A stretch of DNA of 64,000 bases from Glaucostegus cemiculus (GCA_976551045.1 CDPCPM010000418.1:3348001-3412000), one strand, 5' to 3'; numbered from the stretch's first letter, positions 11,961-25,199 are shown. Numbers and translations: made by a program. Notes: generated by a model from the letters alone, not told the origin.

Positions 11961-12329
11961 GTAATCTGTCTACCACTGTTTTATGTGGCAGTCCTTGGTC
12001 TTTAAGTGAGATGCCACATTGAGAAATGCAGAAATGTTGTAGAAAGGTGCTTAAATAATTGGAGCAAGGATTCATTCATTCATTCATTCATTATTAGCAT
12101 ATGGGGAGCTGTGAAGCAGAACCTGAGGGATTTTTATCCACCATCTTGGCTCCGCTGCCTGATTATTGGTGGATTATGTAGGTGATAATGATGGGAGTGC
12201 AGGGAACTTCACTTGACTTGCATTGAGACCACAATTTTCCTTAGGGATAGCACCTTTGTAGGGTCCTTTCTTTCTGCTGTGAGCCCTTTATAGCTTGTGA
12301 CAATGATGCTTCCTTCCTCTGCTTAGCTG

Positions 12330-13300
12330 TGAGATGTGGCTATAGATGGCGTGCGGTGTATGTATCTGGTAATCTTCATCTTCCTCCTGGTCCTCTTCCT
12401 CTCACTGCTCTTCAGGGGCTGCCACATGGTCCCCTGCCACAAAGCTCTGGATCTCTTTGCTGATCTTCTTTCTGACACCAGCTACTGTCTACAGTATAAT
12501 AGATTGTACAGCATGCAGCAAACAACAAAATCTTCCCATCTGTGTAGTTTGTACTGCAGTGCTTCCTCAGTTGACCTCATCTTCAGGAGACAATGACATT
12601 TTCCATATAGTTGTGGGGCACCTGTTTTGCCTGCGGTCAGTTGCTATGGTTGGAGAGTGCTCTGGTGTGAGCATCCAGGGAGACAGTGCCAGCTGGTGAA
12701 AATGTTCAGCACTGCAGATTGCCTCAACTTGAAAGAGTCACGTGTGCCTCTGGAAACAAAACATACATCTTTAGAAAACTCTTCTTATGATCCAAAACAA
12801 GTTTCTCATTAAGGGAGTGGAAACATTTCTTGTTGATGAAAATATCTGGGTTCTTCAACAGAAGCCCCTATGTTACATGAGTGCAGTCAATGGCTACCTG
12901 CACTGGTGGAAAACCATGAGAGCTGCCAAATCCCAGTGCCCAAGATGATACTTGTTCCTCACTGAAATCAAAGTAAATGAAATCATTTTTTGTGAATATA
13001 CTGTGTAGGTGATCTCTCTGATGCAGCACATTGGGAGACCTAGCAGAGAGCAGTTGTACTCATTTGGAAAGGTCCTGTGGAATGGAGGTTAGTGGTCGCC
13101 TTAAGCTAATGTAATCTTAACCTCCATGGATAGAACAATCCATGAATGTGAGGAAGGCTTGGAAAATGTCACATTTCTCAGCGATGACAGCCTTGGATGA
13201 CTTGAGCCTGTGAATGCATGATGTCATGTCTCTGAAACCTCTTTGAGAATAGATTCTTCATCAAATGGTATGTCTTTGTTTTCTTCCTGGGGTCCCTGGC
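12330..13300 (-). pseudogene. Harbinger (HARBI1-family) DDE transposase remnant
   Basis: Hand translation in order: CIHRLKSSKAVIAEKC; TGPFQ..VSQ..CIREIT; GFPPVQVAIDCTHV (IDCTH at 12891-12877); FINKKCFHSLN..DH; DSFKLRQS; LLKMR..ALQY..VVCCMLYNL; acidic EEEDQEEDED tail; many lesions. Confidence 0.9.
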
Positions 13301-13819
13301 CCCTCCCAAGTGGTCAGTCTTGGCCATAACAACCTCTCCAGTAACGGAGTATTGCTGTGTGGTGTTACTACTTGGGAACATGTGGAATGAGTAGCTAAGC
13401 TGATAAATACTGGATAAAACACTCCCTTAAGCACACTCTGTGGATTTTGGGAGGCATCTGAGTAACATGCAGTCAATTCTGACAATGCCCAGTCAATTCT
13501 TCTGACGTCAACAGAGTGTCCCCTTAAACAACAAAAGGAATAAAAACCCAACCTGGTTGCTTCTAGTTTTGCTGAGACTGTTGCATGAGGGTCATAGTTT
13601 TGAACTTTGACCTCCAATTTACATTGGTATGGATGGAAATAGGTGTTGTGCACATAATGACATTGTTAGGTGTGAGCCTGATGCCAGGAAAAGGTCAGCG
13701 ATGCTAACGTGGATGGATCAGTGAAGTGCCCCATCCAATTTTGAGATTGGCATGATTTCACTTGGAAAATGGTGCAATCAAACCATGCATAATTAGTGCC
13801 TAAAAATGGAAGCTACACC

Positions 13820-14400
13820 AACCAGTTTGCTTTTATGTAGTGCCTTTAACTCTACACAAGGCCCCAAGGCACTTCACAGGAGCACGGTTAGCAAATATCA
13901 CATGGAGCCTTGTTGGGAGGTCTACATATCAGAAATGCTTAACATTATGAGTGTTTTTAATGGAGTGAAAAATTCTTTCCTTCAAGTCTTGGTGCAAAGG
14001 CTGGCTGTGTTTTGCAACACATCACCTGAAAGAATGGTAGAATCAAATCCACAGATGTTTCCATTGGAAATTAATTTGAAAATAAATAATTTTCAGAGTC
14101 ATGGGAAGGGAGAATAAATGGCAAAGCTCTTTCTAAGAGTCGGCACAAGCACAATACTGCTTAACCTCCTGCAAACCTCACCTTCTCTACTGAAACATCC
14201 TTTGATCATGTGAGATACTAGAGCAGGTGAGCCATGGCTGGGTCTAAGAGGGAGGCTTTAAGGAGCACCTTAAAGAATCAGAAGTGAGGTGGAAAGTTGA
14301 GAAGATTATAAGGGAGAATTCCAAAATCTGGCACTTAGGCGATTGGAGTCGTGGTTGCAAAGAAAATAATGCATACACTAGAGACTATTGTGAATATGGG
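13820..14400 (-). mobile_element. L2-like LINE 3' remnant, interrupted by a CR1-like tail
   Basis: ttgcttttatgtagtgcctttaac..cccaaggcacttcacaggagc, resuming ~14240 ctttaaggagcaccttaaag..gggagaattcca. Confidence 0.6.
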
Positions 14401-14599
14401 GGTGGAGTTGAAAAGAATATTATAGTGACCACTAGGAAGTAGTTATATTGTGATGGCACTGCATACCTTATTGAGTTGCATTACTGAACCTAGGGACCTG
14501 ACAAATACACAGAAAGAAGAACAACTTGCCACGAAAATATACCTAGAAACTTTTCTCTCAGCAAAAGCAGCTTCACTTTAAATTATTACACAGTTCTCA

Positions 14600-14772
14600 A
14601 TAAGGACACCAATTTTCCAAGATTGTCCTGCAGTCTCCAGGAATTAAAGGATCACCTCTGAAAATCTGCTGCCTGGACAAATATCACAGAATCATTAAAA
14701 ATAAGGATATATCTTTTTCATATAAATGAAGCTAATGATTAGGAATTCATGCAACCATAGTTGGCAACTCTG
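14600..14772 (+). mobile_element. MITE-like element
   Basis: ccaagattgtcctgcagtctccaggaattaaag..; right end agttggcaactct. Confidence 0.55.
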
Positions 14773-15086
14773 ATTAGGGAGTGATTGAGTTCAAACCATG
14801 GTGCTGTTGTCCTTTTGAACTCAATAGCCCTGGGGCTCAGCAGCACACAGCATGATTACTAAGAGCATGCCTTTGTTACACAACACAAAGCTGACAGGAG
14901 GTGGCAGAAGAGGTGGGAGGGGGTAAGGGGTGGAGAAGGTGGTGAAACTGCATATAAAAAATAAGCATGAAAAATGTTTCACAGTCTTCATCTATCTCAA
15001 GATTATTTCTCAGAATGTCAAAGGGCAAAGTGAGATGCCAACAATGACTGGAACATCCTTACAAGGTTGCTGACATGACTTCTTAC

Positions 15087-15176
15087 CTTCCAGCTGGCCT
15101 ACCTACAGTATACTTTGCCCATAGGGTGCTTTGGAAGCTCCTCCGTTTATGAACCTCAGAAGCTATCTTAATATCT
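15087..15176 (-). other. Weak candidate exon (90 nt)
   Basis: Strong donor AAG|GTAAGA, weak acceptor tcctgtctgtggataCAG|; one open frame DIKIASEVHKRRSFQSTLWAKYTVGRPAG. Confidence 0.2.
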
Positions 15177-16219
15177 CTGTATCCACAGACAGGATATGTT
15201 CAACTTCATGGAAATATTGAATTAAATTTCATACAGGCTCCAAGGTTTGCAACAATCCAACAACCGACAATAAAAAGTAGGTACATAACTAGAAATATGA
15301 TATAATATTTAACAATAAAGAGCAGGAAGAATGGTGGAGCACAACACCTTCATAACTCCCTCTGAGCCACTCAGTATCCAGAGTTGGACATACATCATTG
15401 TTCTCAGGCCAGAATCTTGTATGTCCTCCCTATCAACACCATTGGAGTATCTTTACCATAAAGACTACAACTGTTTAAGAAGGTGCCTTATTGCCACAGG
15501 GTGAGCAATAAATGTCAACCTTACCAGCATTGCCAACATCCAGAAAATGACTTTTTTAAAGTGGTATTCAGAAACCAAAACATACTGTATTACATTTACA
15601 TTATGTTACATACTGACCACTGTTATCTGAAGACCCCAGCCCAATAGTTAATGTCAATGGCCCTTCACAGAAGGGTATCAGGCTCGCTTCCGTATCTTCA
15701 TGTTGAGCAGTGGATTTAAAAGCGTGTTAATTGTATGTTTTATGAACAATTGACCTGTGTTTGTTTAGAAACATTGTTCTAATGGGATAGTTTAGGGAGG
15801 ACCAGGGGTTCTCAATCTCAAGTAGTGTATACCTCAATCTATGTTAGCTGTTGGGATCTTGTTTTGCGAAGGAAAAGTGGACCCCTGGCACAGAGGTTTC
15901 ACTGAATTCTTTCATGCAAGAACGTGATGTGTTCTGGCTGGAATGGAGGTCTCCTCAAGCCAGAAGGAAGCAGTTGATAATCTTGCCCAAAAGGGACTCC
16001 TGGACTAATTTCCATTGTCTTAGGTAACCAAAAAAGAATTATTAACTTGTCCCCCCTATTTTGACATTCTTTTAAACTTTCCCAAGAGATTACATGGCAT
16101 GAGTGCAAGTATGTAATGTACGAGACTTCAAATCTGCACAGCTCAGGTTGGAAGCAATGAAGAGCCTTTTCCTTTATTCTTCATAAGCTGCATGTGGTTG
16201 ATGCTTTCTCCATCACAGG

Positions 16220-16415
16220 GAATCCATTATTCTATAGGTATAAACCACTCTTACATCTCAACAATATTTCAAACTGGAACTCACTCTCAAGTACCTACCA
16301 CTCAATTGCTTCAATGCTACAAGCCTTCAAATGCTCTAAGATGTCTGTTATAAGCATAAGCTAGATTCCAACCTGTAACCCACTGGCAGATATGTTATTC
16401 TATATATAAAGCAGT
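16220..16415 (+). repeat. Isolated units of the ~69-bp repeat seen at 1-700
   Basis: tagattccaacctgtaacccactggcagatatgttattctatatataaa (~16362-16410) and ttattctataggtataaaccac (~16227). Confidence 0.65.
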
Positions 16416-17644
16416 CTTATCTCAGTGAAAATAAAACCAGTGATGTATGGAAGATGATGAAGGTGGTGAACAAACAGGGCCACAAATTGCCCCAGTACAT
16501 TTGGATTTATGCAATCATGCAAAGATATTTGCACATTACGTTATGGGCATATGTGTGACCCCTTCTAAAACTGGCCAATTTCAATTCATACACATGTCCC
16601 TGCTCCTATTTTTACACAATTCCCTGGCAGTGTAAAGTTGTCATGGAATGTTTACACTATTCTAACATGCAGCAAACACTGCAATAACTTGAAATGGCAG
16701 ATGTGATCTTTATATTAGTGTACCTTTAAATAGCATTTATGTTGAATAGTCTGATAGTTATCATTAAGAACACACTGAGTTCCAGATGTCTGCTCAATTG
16801 CAGGTATTATACTATTGAGTGCCCTACCTATTTTCCTTTCTGTAACACTGCATCTTCTACTCTTACTCATGTGTTCAGATGATCTCAAAACTGGAACTCC
16901 TTAGATGTTCCCACTTCCTCTCACATTCAAAACTCAGGCTTGATGTCCCTAATTATTAACTTTAATTTACCTTATCTTCTTTTCACTCTTGGTGCTGTCT
17001 TCCACAAGGAAATTTAATATTTCTCAGTTAAACAGAGCCAGGTATAAACAGACAAGCACATATGTGCACTGGCACACATGCATCGCATAAGTGCACCAAT
17101 TCTCATGCATGTCATGGTGCAAAGAAACGTCCACCTCAGACAGGCACTTTGCAGGCACTCAGGTATGGCAGACCACAGGCATGCACACAGTAAATTTATA
17201 TGCACACTATGGATGCAGAGTGACATCATGTGAATGCATGCATACACACACTAAATACAGCAATTTATGTTCATGTATGTGCACGTATGCACACACATGT
17301 TACCATATGTATAAACTAATAAGAACAAGCACATGCACAAGCAAAAGCCCATCCCCAACAAAAACCAGGCACACTCATTTCAGTTTTCTGACTGAGATGA
17401 TTATTTTGTTTCAGATAATTCCATGCTCATCTTTACACAATCTGAATCGATATTTCTTGTTTTTTTTTATCCCACACCTTCACGCTTGATCTTGCATTCA
17501 TGTAACTCATACTGCTTCAGACCTCTCTCACTGAGACATACTTTCCACCTCAAGCTCGCAAGGTGGTTTATTCAGTTTTAGGAAATGAATGCCTTACTTT
17601 CCTTGTAACTGAGAAATGTGGCCTGCCTAGATCTCTTCTCAAAA

Positions 17645-18045
17645 GCAAACTACTGCATTTATACAGCATCCTCAAGTTGGTGACAATATCCCAAGGCTGT
17701 TCTGGTGTAATATCAGACAACAAATTGACACCAAGCCACTTATGGAGATATTAAGTCGGGTGACCAAAAGCCTAGTCAAAGTGGTAGGTTTTAAAGATTA
17801 ATGTTCAGGAGGTGAATAAGGGTTGGGGTTTGATGAACGAATTCCAGAACTTAGGGTCTCAGTAGCTAAAGACTTGGCTGCTAAATGCTAAAGCAATGAA
17901 AATTGAGAATGAGTAAGGCCAGAATTTCATGGAGATCTTGGAGAGTTGGAGCGCTGGAAGAGGTTACAGAAAGAGGGAGGGGTGATAGTAATGGAAGAAT
18001 TTAACATTGATAGGATACCAATGTAGATCAATGAGCACATGGTTG
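17645..18045 (-). mobile_element. L2-like LINE 3' fragment
   Basis: ctgcatttatacagc..atcagacaacaaattgacaccaagccac..ggagatatta..gtgaccaaaagcctagtcaaag..gaattccagaacttaggg. Confidence 0.8.
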
Positions 18046-18382
18046 AGTCCTTTCTCCACATTATACTGAGCAACAGAAATTAATAATGATATTGTACAGG
18101 ACCAGGAAAGGGCAGTCAGGTTGGTTCATTCATCAGTTGCTGTCCCTTTTGTTACACATTCCTTTTCCCTATATGAGGTAACTATACCTGTACTGTCCGT
18201 CTTGTTCTGAGCATGACTTTCTCTCCCCACTTTGTTATGACGTCAAACAACTAATGAATGATCTCTTCAAACACATGCCTTAGAACCTTGGAGAGATTAA
18301 TGACAAGCTCCTTTGTTCTGATTTGAAGGCTGCCAATGCTGGTTGAACATAATTCTGGAGGTTTTATCATAAGACCTCTTAC

Positions 18383-18612
18383 CTGCGGCCATGTTACCCA
18401 ATCAAACTGTCCTCCCCCATCACAACAGCCAGCCAGAATTGGCAATTCTAATTGGGAAGTTACAATGAATGCCACCAAAATGTCCTCAAAATCCAACTGG
18501 TTGATACAGGTCCTTCAAAATGATTGATTCACAACAAGCAGTCCCACAGAGCTTGGTTGATTCTTAATGGTCCATCGAGTGATAAATCGACTACCACATT
18601 AAGGCACCTCAC
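18383..18612 (-). other. Candidate exon (230 nt) ending in Kozak ATG, with AG|GT acceptor
   Basis: Acceptor tatgttttctCAG|GTGAGG, donor CAG|GTAAGA; stops in all frames upstream of aacATGGCCGCAG| (ATG 18392-18390). Confidence 0.45.
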
Positions 18613-19204
18613 CTGAGAAAACATATACTGTAATATTACAGAACACTGCCATAGGAACCTGGAGGTCTCAGTTTTGTATTCTGGTCAATGTGGGCAAGAC
18701 TGCATTACCTACATCTGGATGAAATTCAAGCAATAGTTCAATATCTGGACACACTGTGCGGCAGACCACAATGTGATGACATTTCAGTTGACTCCCTGGT
18801 GCCCTGCTCCCAGATTAAAATCCAAAAGGGTTCCTGCTAATCCGCTTGCAGCAAATTCCTTTGATGATATTTTGGAATCTTGAGTAGCTCTCTGAGAATG
18901 TGCAGCATTTATCAAAGACTTGAAGAAGCTCCTTAAAAAGTGAGCAGAGGTAAACTTCACAGACAGTACAAGTTGAAGGTTAACTTTACAATAATCTGTT
19001 GGAATGGTTCAACTATGGGTTGAGTGATGATAAAGATTTATCAAGGTTGCCTTTCCAAGCTTACAAGTAGTCACATTCCTACACTGCATGACTTTACATT
19101 TTAAAGATGAAACCAGTAACTCCTGTCCCAAACAAGCATGAAATGGCCCTGAAGTTGTTCAGCACAAAGTATATTTTTGTGTTCAGCCATCCTCCATGAC
19201 AGAG

Positions 19205-19640
19205 AAAAAGGAAGAACTTACATTTATCGACCGCCTTTTAAAACCTCAGTACATTGCAAATCACCTGACAGTCAATGAAGTACTTTTCTGAGGTGCAACC
19301 TCATTTGTAGTACAGAATATGCCAGCTTAATTGTGCACAAGAAGAATTGTGATAGATAGCAACCAGTTCATCTGTTTTAGGGATAAATTTTGGTCAGGAT
19401 GCCAGGGAGAATTTGACAACTCCATTTCAAAATGGTACCATGGATTCTTTAGCCTCCAGTTGATGGAGCAGGTAGCACCATGGTTTAATCTCTCATCTGA
19501 AAGGCAGCATCTCCAACAGTTAAGCACCTGCTTGGTACTGCACACCTCAATAGAGTCGGCGTGGGTTGTGGACTCAATTTCGAGGAGTGTGATATGAGCC
19601 TCTAACAAAGGTCAGCAGCCTAACAACTGAACTACAGTCA
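19205..19640 (-). mobile_element. Deu-domain SINE
   Basis: cagtcaatgaagtactttt..ggtttaatctctcatctgaaaggcagcatctccaacag..gtactgcac. Confidence 0.8.
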
Positions 19641-19714
19641 ACCCTAGCATTGATATAAAAGTATTTGTTTCACACAGAAAGAAGGAACTTAGAGTGGTAT
19701 CATGCTGTTGGAAA

Positions 19715-19985
19715 CATTGGGATATCCAGAAGTGCCTTCCAGCCAACAGAGTATCTTCTGGAAGTACTTTGAGAAGAAGTGGCTGGCAGTACTAACATAT
19801 AGGCAACATGGCAGCAAATTTGAGCACAACAAGATCCTGTAAGCCACAAAGTTAGGTGAGACCAGTTGAGGGATGGGAGTTGGCCAGTACTGTTCCCACT
19901 TCAGCTTCAAACTGTGGTGGAGGATCATCTGATCTACCACTCATGAAGTGAAGAGCAGACATTCACACTCAACTTAAATTGCCAC
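19715..19985 (-). mobile_element. Deu-domain SINE, partial
   Basis: aacatggcagcaaatttgagcacaacaagatcc..gttgagggat..ttggccag. Confidence 0.65.
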
Positions 19986-20398
19986 CAGTGAGACCAAGCA
20001 TCAGTTACCTGGCACAGGTGAGCTATGAACATGAGAATTTCCCTGCAGTTAAAAGCACATGAATAGGAGAGAGAAAAAACAGTGACCACAGTTTTATACT
20101 CAACTGTAAAAACAGTAAGATCCTCCTTCAGAATATTGCCCTTTTTTTTCAAAGCAGGTGTTTATCACTTTCCTATTACTTTGATAGTTGCTATGACTTT
20201 TTTTCATGTATACTGTTCTCAAACTCTTGCACAATTCAACCACACACACTCAAACACTAAGGGGATAATTTTTACTTTGGATGACCAGATGATGTGAAGT
20301 CAAAAGAAATGAAAACTATGATAAGTATGCACCAAGCACTAGTCAACTAACAACCATTTTACACTGTCACCCTCAGTTACCAATTACAACATAATTTT

Positions 20399-20399
<1 letters not shown>

Positions 20400-20442
<43 letters not shown>

Positions 20443-20448
20443 ACACAA
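20400..20448. repeat. (CA)n microsatellite
   Basis: Directly visible. Confidence 0.97.
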
Positions 20449-21234
20449 TTCCCATTTCTGCACACACACATCATTGCCCTTGAAACACACTCAAACATAT
20501 ATTCCTGCATACACATACATTCATCAATTCATTCAGACACCATTTTGCCTCACCATGTCCACACCTGTGCCTATTCCCTGCGTACACATCCTACACAACT
20601 GCTCCAAACACACTGAACCAGATCTTAAGTCAGGCATGATTTTGTCTTGCAGGGATGTGTGGGTGCAAAATTTTCTGCTATATTCCTTCACAAAGGCAAA
20701 TTTCCCTTTGGTATGTTGGCACTTGTGAGCGCAAGTGTGCGCACACACACATATGCACAAACACACACACAAACACACACACAGACCTCTCTTCAAACAT
20801 ATCCTATAGCTCTCTGTTTTCTTGACATGTGTGAACAATATTCTCTGATCATGCCTACGCACATGGAAAGAAGATTGCAACAATATGAAAATTTACAACT
20901 CAGATAATGTTTTAAAATATGGTTGATCATTTAATTCAATAAGAGCCTCTTCTGTTCTATGCTGGCAGTACATTTTAAAATCTGCACCAGCCTAGTTGGC
21001 CTACAGTATCAGTTTACCTACATTTACAAAACATTTCCTGACATTTTACCAATTTAACCTACAAACTGCATTCTAAATTGATTCAATGGACACACCTGGC
21101 TATGGACAAATGGTCAAATGGCATTGTTAAAAATTATCTCTTCCATATACACACTGCCACAAAGGTGCAGCAATCCATGAATCAGAATTTAGTTAAAATC
21201 GCTGACATTGTCATGGAAAAATTAAAATTTCACC

Positions 21235-21850
21235 AGCAACTTCTATTTATGTAGCATCTTTAGCACAATGAAATCCACCAAGGCACTTCACAGTAGTGAT
21301 ACTAAACAACTAAGCAATATAAGGTAATCTTAGGATTAAGGAACAAACCTGGAGTAAAGAGTTGACCTTTAAGGAGGAGGAATAAAAGTTTGCGAGATGG
21401 AAAGGATTGGGAAGAGAATTCCAGAACATAGGGCCTAGGTAGCTAAGGTTGAAGCAATTAACATCAAGAGGCCAGAAATGGAGTACTGTAGAGATCTTGG
21501 TCTGTGGGTCTAGAGATGGAATGCTGAGATGAGGAGGGTGAGACTGTAGAGGGATCCAACAAAGAGGATGAGAATTTTAAAACTGAGACATAGCTGGACA
21601 TGGAACCAATGTGTCATAAGGCACTGGGATGATTGTGCAAATTAAGACATGGCAGCAGATGAGTTGAAGTTAATGTAGCATTGATGGAAGATGGAAAGCT
21701 TGCCAGAAGAACATTGAAGTAGTCAAGCAAAAAAATGTATGGATGAGGGTGTCATGAGCAGATAACCTGAGAGAGGGTGGAGCAAGGTGTGAAGTGGGTA
21801 GAAACGGTAATGGAGCAGGTACATGACTGAAAATTCAACTTGACAAGTAC
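21235..21850 (-). mobile_element. L2-like LINE 3' fragment
   Basis: caacttctatttatgtagcatcttta..ccaaggcacttcacag..gaattccagaacatagggcctaggtagct..ggatgagaattttaaaactgag. Confidence 0.8.
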
Positions 21851-21897
21851 ATTTAAAATATCAAAACTAATTTGTTTAATTGCATACAAATTTACAG

Positions 21898-22155
21898 AAA
21901 CATAAGAACAGGAGAAAGCATTCAGCTCCTCAGCGTACTGTGCCTTTCAATTTGATCATGGTTAGGTATCCCAATTCCATTTACCCACCTTGGATCCGTA
22001 ACCCTTTAGTAGACTGACCTAACAAAAATATATCAATTGACTTCCAGAATCAACACCCTTTTAGGGGAAGAGTTGCATTTTCCCACAACCCTATTACGTG
22101 AATTCATTTTCAAAAAGCGCATTCTTGGGCACCCATCCCTGGTTCTCCTGCACTC
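21898..22155 (-). mobile_element. CR1 LINE 3' fragment
   Basis: cataagaacaggagaaagcattcagctcctc..gatcatggtt..ccgtaaccctt. Confidence 0.7.
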
Positions 22156-22341
22156 TCTTGTACACACGCACACAGAAACACGCGCACACACACACGCGCG
22201 TGCGCACACATACACGCGCACACACACCCCAACCCACGCACATGCAGACAAATTAGTAGGATCAGTTGTGAACAATAAAAACATTTAATCAAACTTTATT
22301 TTGCCTTGAAAAATTCAGCTCTTTGAGGTGTGAACACCTTT

Positions 22342-22382
<41 letters not shown>

Positions 22383-22409
22383 TCCAGTTGTCCGCAGACG
22401 CAAACTCAC

Positions 22410-22475
22410 GTTCAAACGACAAATATCTTTGCAGCTGAGTTTCCGCACAGTTTCCGCCCAGACAACCCGCGGAAT
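22410..22475 (-). other. Candidate non-coding exon (66 nt)
   Basis: Acceptor tcttttaattctgccCAG|, donor AAC|GTGAGT. Confidence 0.35.
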
Positions 22476-22980
22476 CTGGGCAGAATTAAAAGATCTGGCG
22501 CAAAAGGACCGTGAAATTTTTAGCTTGAGATGCACCCACAAACACTTTAAAAGTACTTGTGATCTTTTACACCCAGTTCAAAAGTACTTCTGCTACAGTA
22601 ATTACTTCCACCCTCCTCCCGAGTTCCCCGACCCATGTACTTAAGACAGTTTCTCTGAAGAACTCTCGTTGTCGCTGACAGATCCAAGGACCTTCTACCG
22701 AACAGATTGCATTTTAATGCGGCAAAGCAGCAAGTCTTTCAGACAAGACACAAACTGAGCTTTCATTTTCATTACTAAATAGAAGAATGCATTAGCCGTC
22801 TATTTATCATAACAGTGTGGGGTGATCGCACCGCAGACTCTTATACCTTTTCTTTCTATAACGTACACGCAGACCCACATATACCTTCACACATGAATGT
22901 ATACAGCGCGCGCGCACACACACAGATACACACGCGCGCATACACATACACACATTCTCCAATGTATACAGACACAGACA

Positions 22981-23039
<59 letters not shown>

Positions 23040-23301
23040 TCACATATAGACACTCTCTCAGCACCCCCTCCAACCTCTCTCTCCGGACCACTGACAAGGA
23101 TGGCACTTGAGAGTCGCAAGGGAGAAACGAAAAGGATGTGAGACAAAAGGGACGACAGGGGCTTTGACTATGCAGCAGCTCAACCCTGAGCCTCCCCTCC
23201 CACTGTGACACTTGCATTCCAGAGCGAGACTGCCCTCACAAGGTTGGACAAAGGCATTTATTACAGAGATGAATTTGTTCTAAGATTGCAATGGCTCTCA
23301 C

Positions 23302-23673
23302 CTTTGGCAGAGTTGGGTTTTTGCCGTGTAATTGTAGAGTCCTGCCGAGCAACCTCCCCAGTCCTCTCTCAAAATTACAAACAAAAGAAAGATTCAAATC
23401 ACCAGTCGCTTCCGACAGCTTCAAGTCTGGACAAACGCATCCTAACTTTACGTGCACTCTCTTTCTGCCTCTCTCTCTCTCTCCCCCACTCTGTCTCTGT
23501 CTCTCTCTCTCTCACTCTCTCTCTCTCTCTCTCTGTCGTTCCTTCGAATGCTGTCTTGAAATGCTCATCACATCTGTGTTAGTTGGAAGACTTTCAGCCT
23601 CAAGTTCAGTGTGTTCAAATATCTGAAGCAAGCATACATCTGCACACATCTGGAATCCAGCAGCTTGCACCCG
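23302..23673 (-). other. Candidate 5' UTR/non-coding exon
   Basis: Donor AAG|GTGAGA; GA-repeat body; possible acceptor gaTAG| with CTGACTAAT branch-point-like motif; 5' boundary uncertain. Confidence 0.35.
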
Positions 23674-24842
23674 CTATCACATCCAACAATTAGTCAGCAA
23701 AAGCACAACACCCCGACACAAGAAAAGAGGTGAAAATAATGCAGCACCTGAATTACATACAGACCATCACCGGACTTTCAGTGACTCAGACCTTTCTTGA
23801 GGTTAATTATGAGATGTCAATGTACGAGGCAAGAGGGGACATGGAATGGGGATGGGGAAAGGAGGTGACGGTGAGGAGAGAAAATGTGGGTGGGGAGAGG
23901 AAACAGGTTAGGAGCGAGATAATGAAGGAAGCAAATGTGATGGGGAGACGGAATGGGTAGGGAGGTGGAAATTTGGAGGGTGAGGTAATGGGGATAATGA
24001 GGGAATGCAATGGGGATTGAAAATCAGGACAGGAGGAGGGACTGGTGTTGGGTGAATGGGGAAGGAGTGAGAGAACATGGTAGAAAGTGGAAGTGAGGAG
24101 GGGGAGAGAGAATCCAGGAGGATTAGGTGAAGGAGAGTGAAATAGAAAGGGTAAGGGAGAGGGAATGGAGGGGATGGGGAATGAGGGGAGTATAGAAAGC
24201 ATGAGTTAGGCAGATTGAATCAGTGTTGAATGAAGAGATGCCTGTAAGCTCCCCTGTCAATAGAGCAAGGCTAATGACAGGGTTACACCCGGAATTTTTT
24301 TGATATGTCTGAGAGCAATTCTAATTGAACAGCTGGCTGGTGGTCAAGCCTTAAGTGCTGCTCAAGATGCAGCCAGAGTCGAGGTAGGTTTATAATTTAC
24401 ATGAACATAAAATACTCAATGCAGTCCTTGTGTTGCCAGTGCTGATGGCTCTCCCAAAATCTTTCATCCCTTGGTTTAATTTACGAATAAGGTTTGAAAT
24501 TACAAATATCACTCATCACCAAAACTTGCAAGTGGTAACAAACTGTTATAAACTAAAACAAGTCCCGAGTGCAGCATTTTTCATATCAAAGAGTTCTTTT
24601 GGCTTTTTTGTTAACTGTGGATTACCTGCACCCTGCACAATGCTGCTGAATACTATTTAATGCAAAATGAGCAAGAGTCTTTTTCCCAAGAGTTTCTCCT
24701 TATATTGTAAAGACATTTTATATGCTCACAGTGTAAAAAAAAAGCTAGTGTTATATATGTTCAGAATGCACATAAAACACACTGAAACGTACACTCAAGC
24801 ACAAAGGCACACACAGCCACATACCCAGAAACACAACAAAGG

Positions 24843-25105
24843 TACACACACAAACATACAAAATGTACAGAGGTATACACAAACACACAAACACACACAC
24901 ACACACAGAAACATACAAAATGTACAGAGGTATACACAAACACACAAACACACACACACACACAGAAACATACAAAATGTACAGAGGTATACACAAACAC
25001 ACACACAGAAACATACAAAATGTACAGAGGTACAGACACACACACACACAGAAACATACAAAATGTACAGAGGTACAGACACACAGAAACATACAAAAGT
25101 GCACT
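24843..25105. repeat. Compound minisatellite: 24-bp core plus variable (CA) spacer
   Basis: Core aaacatacaaaatgtacagaggta at 24852, 24909, 24966, 25009, 25052 and partial at 25087. Confidence 0.95.
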
Positions 25106-25199
25106 GAAGATAGAGATTTCTCATGTTTATTTGCTGTAACCCTATGCATACAGCAACTGAGGTAGATGGACAATAACAGAAAAATTGCTTCCACACAAA

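Larger units (their letters stand above)
11057..13802. mobile_element. Fossil PIF/Harbinger DNA transposon (boundaries uncertain)
   Basis: Contains convergent remnants of both Harbinger genes (Myb/SANT-like and DDE transposase); TIRs too decayed to fix the ends. Confidence 0.75.
22160..23700. promoter_or_regulatory. CpG-enriched, microsatellite-studded 5'-end-like region
   Basis: CpGs visibly retained relative to flanks; (CA)n at 22163-22245 and 22905-23040, (CT)n at 22345-22376 and 23460-23535; no interspersed repeats. Confidence 0.55.

Noticed and set aside
24843-25105. CRISPR-like look (constant repeat with variable spacers)
   Set aside because: Spacers are CA microsatellite rather than unique sequence, there are no cas genes, and the context is vertebrate
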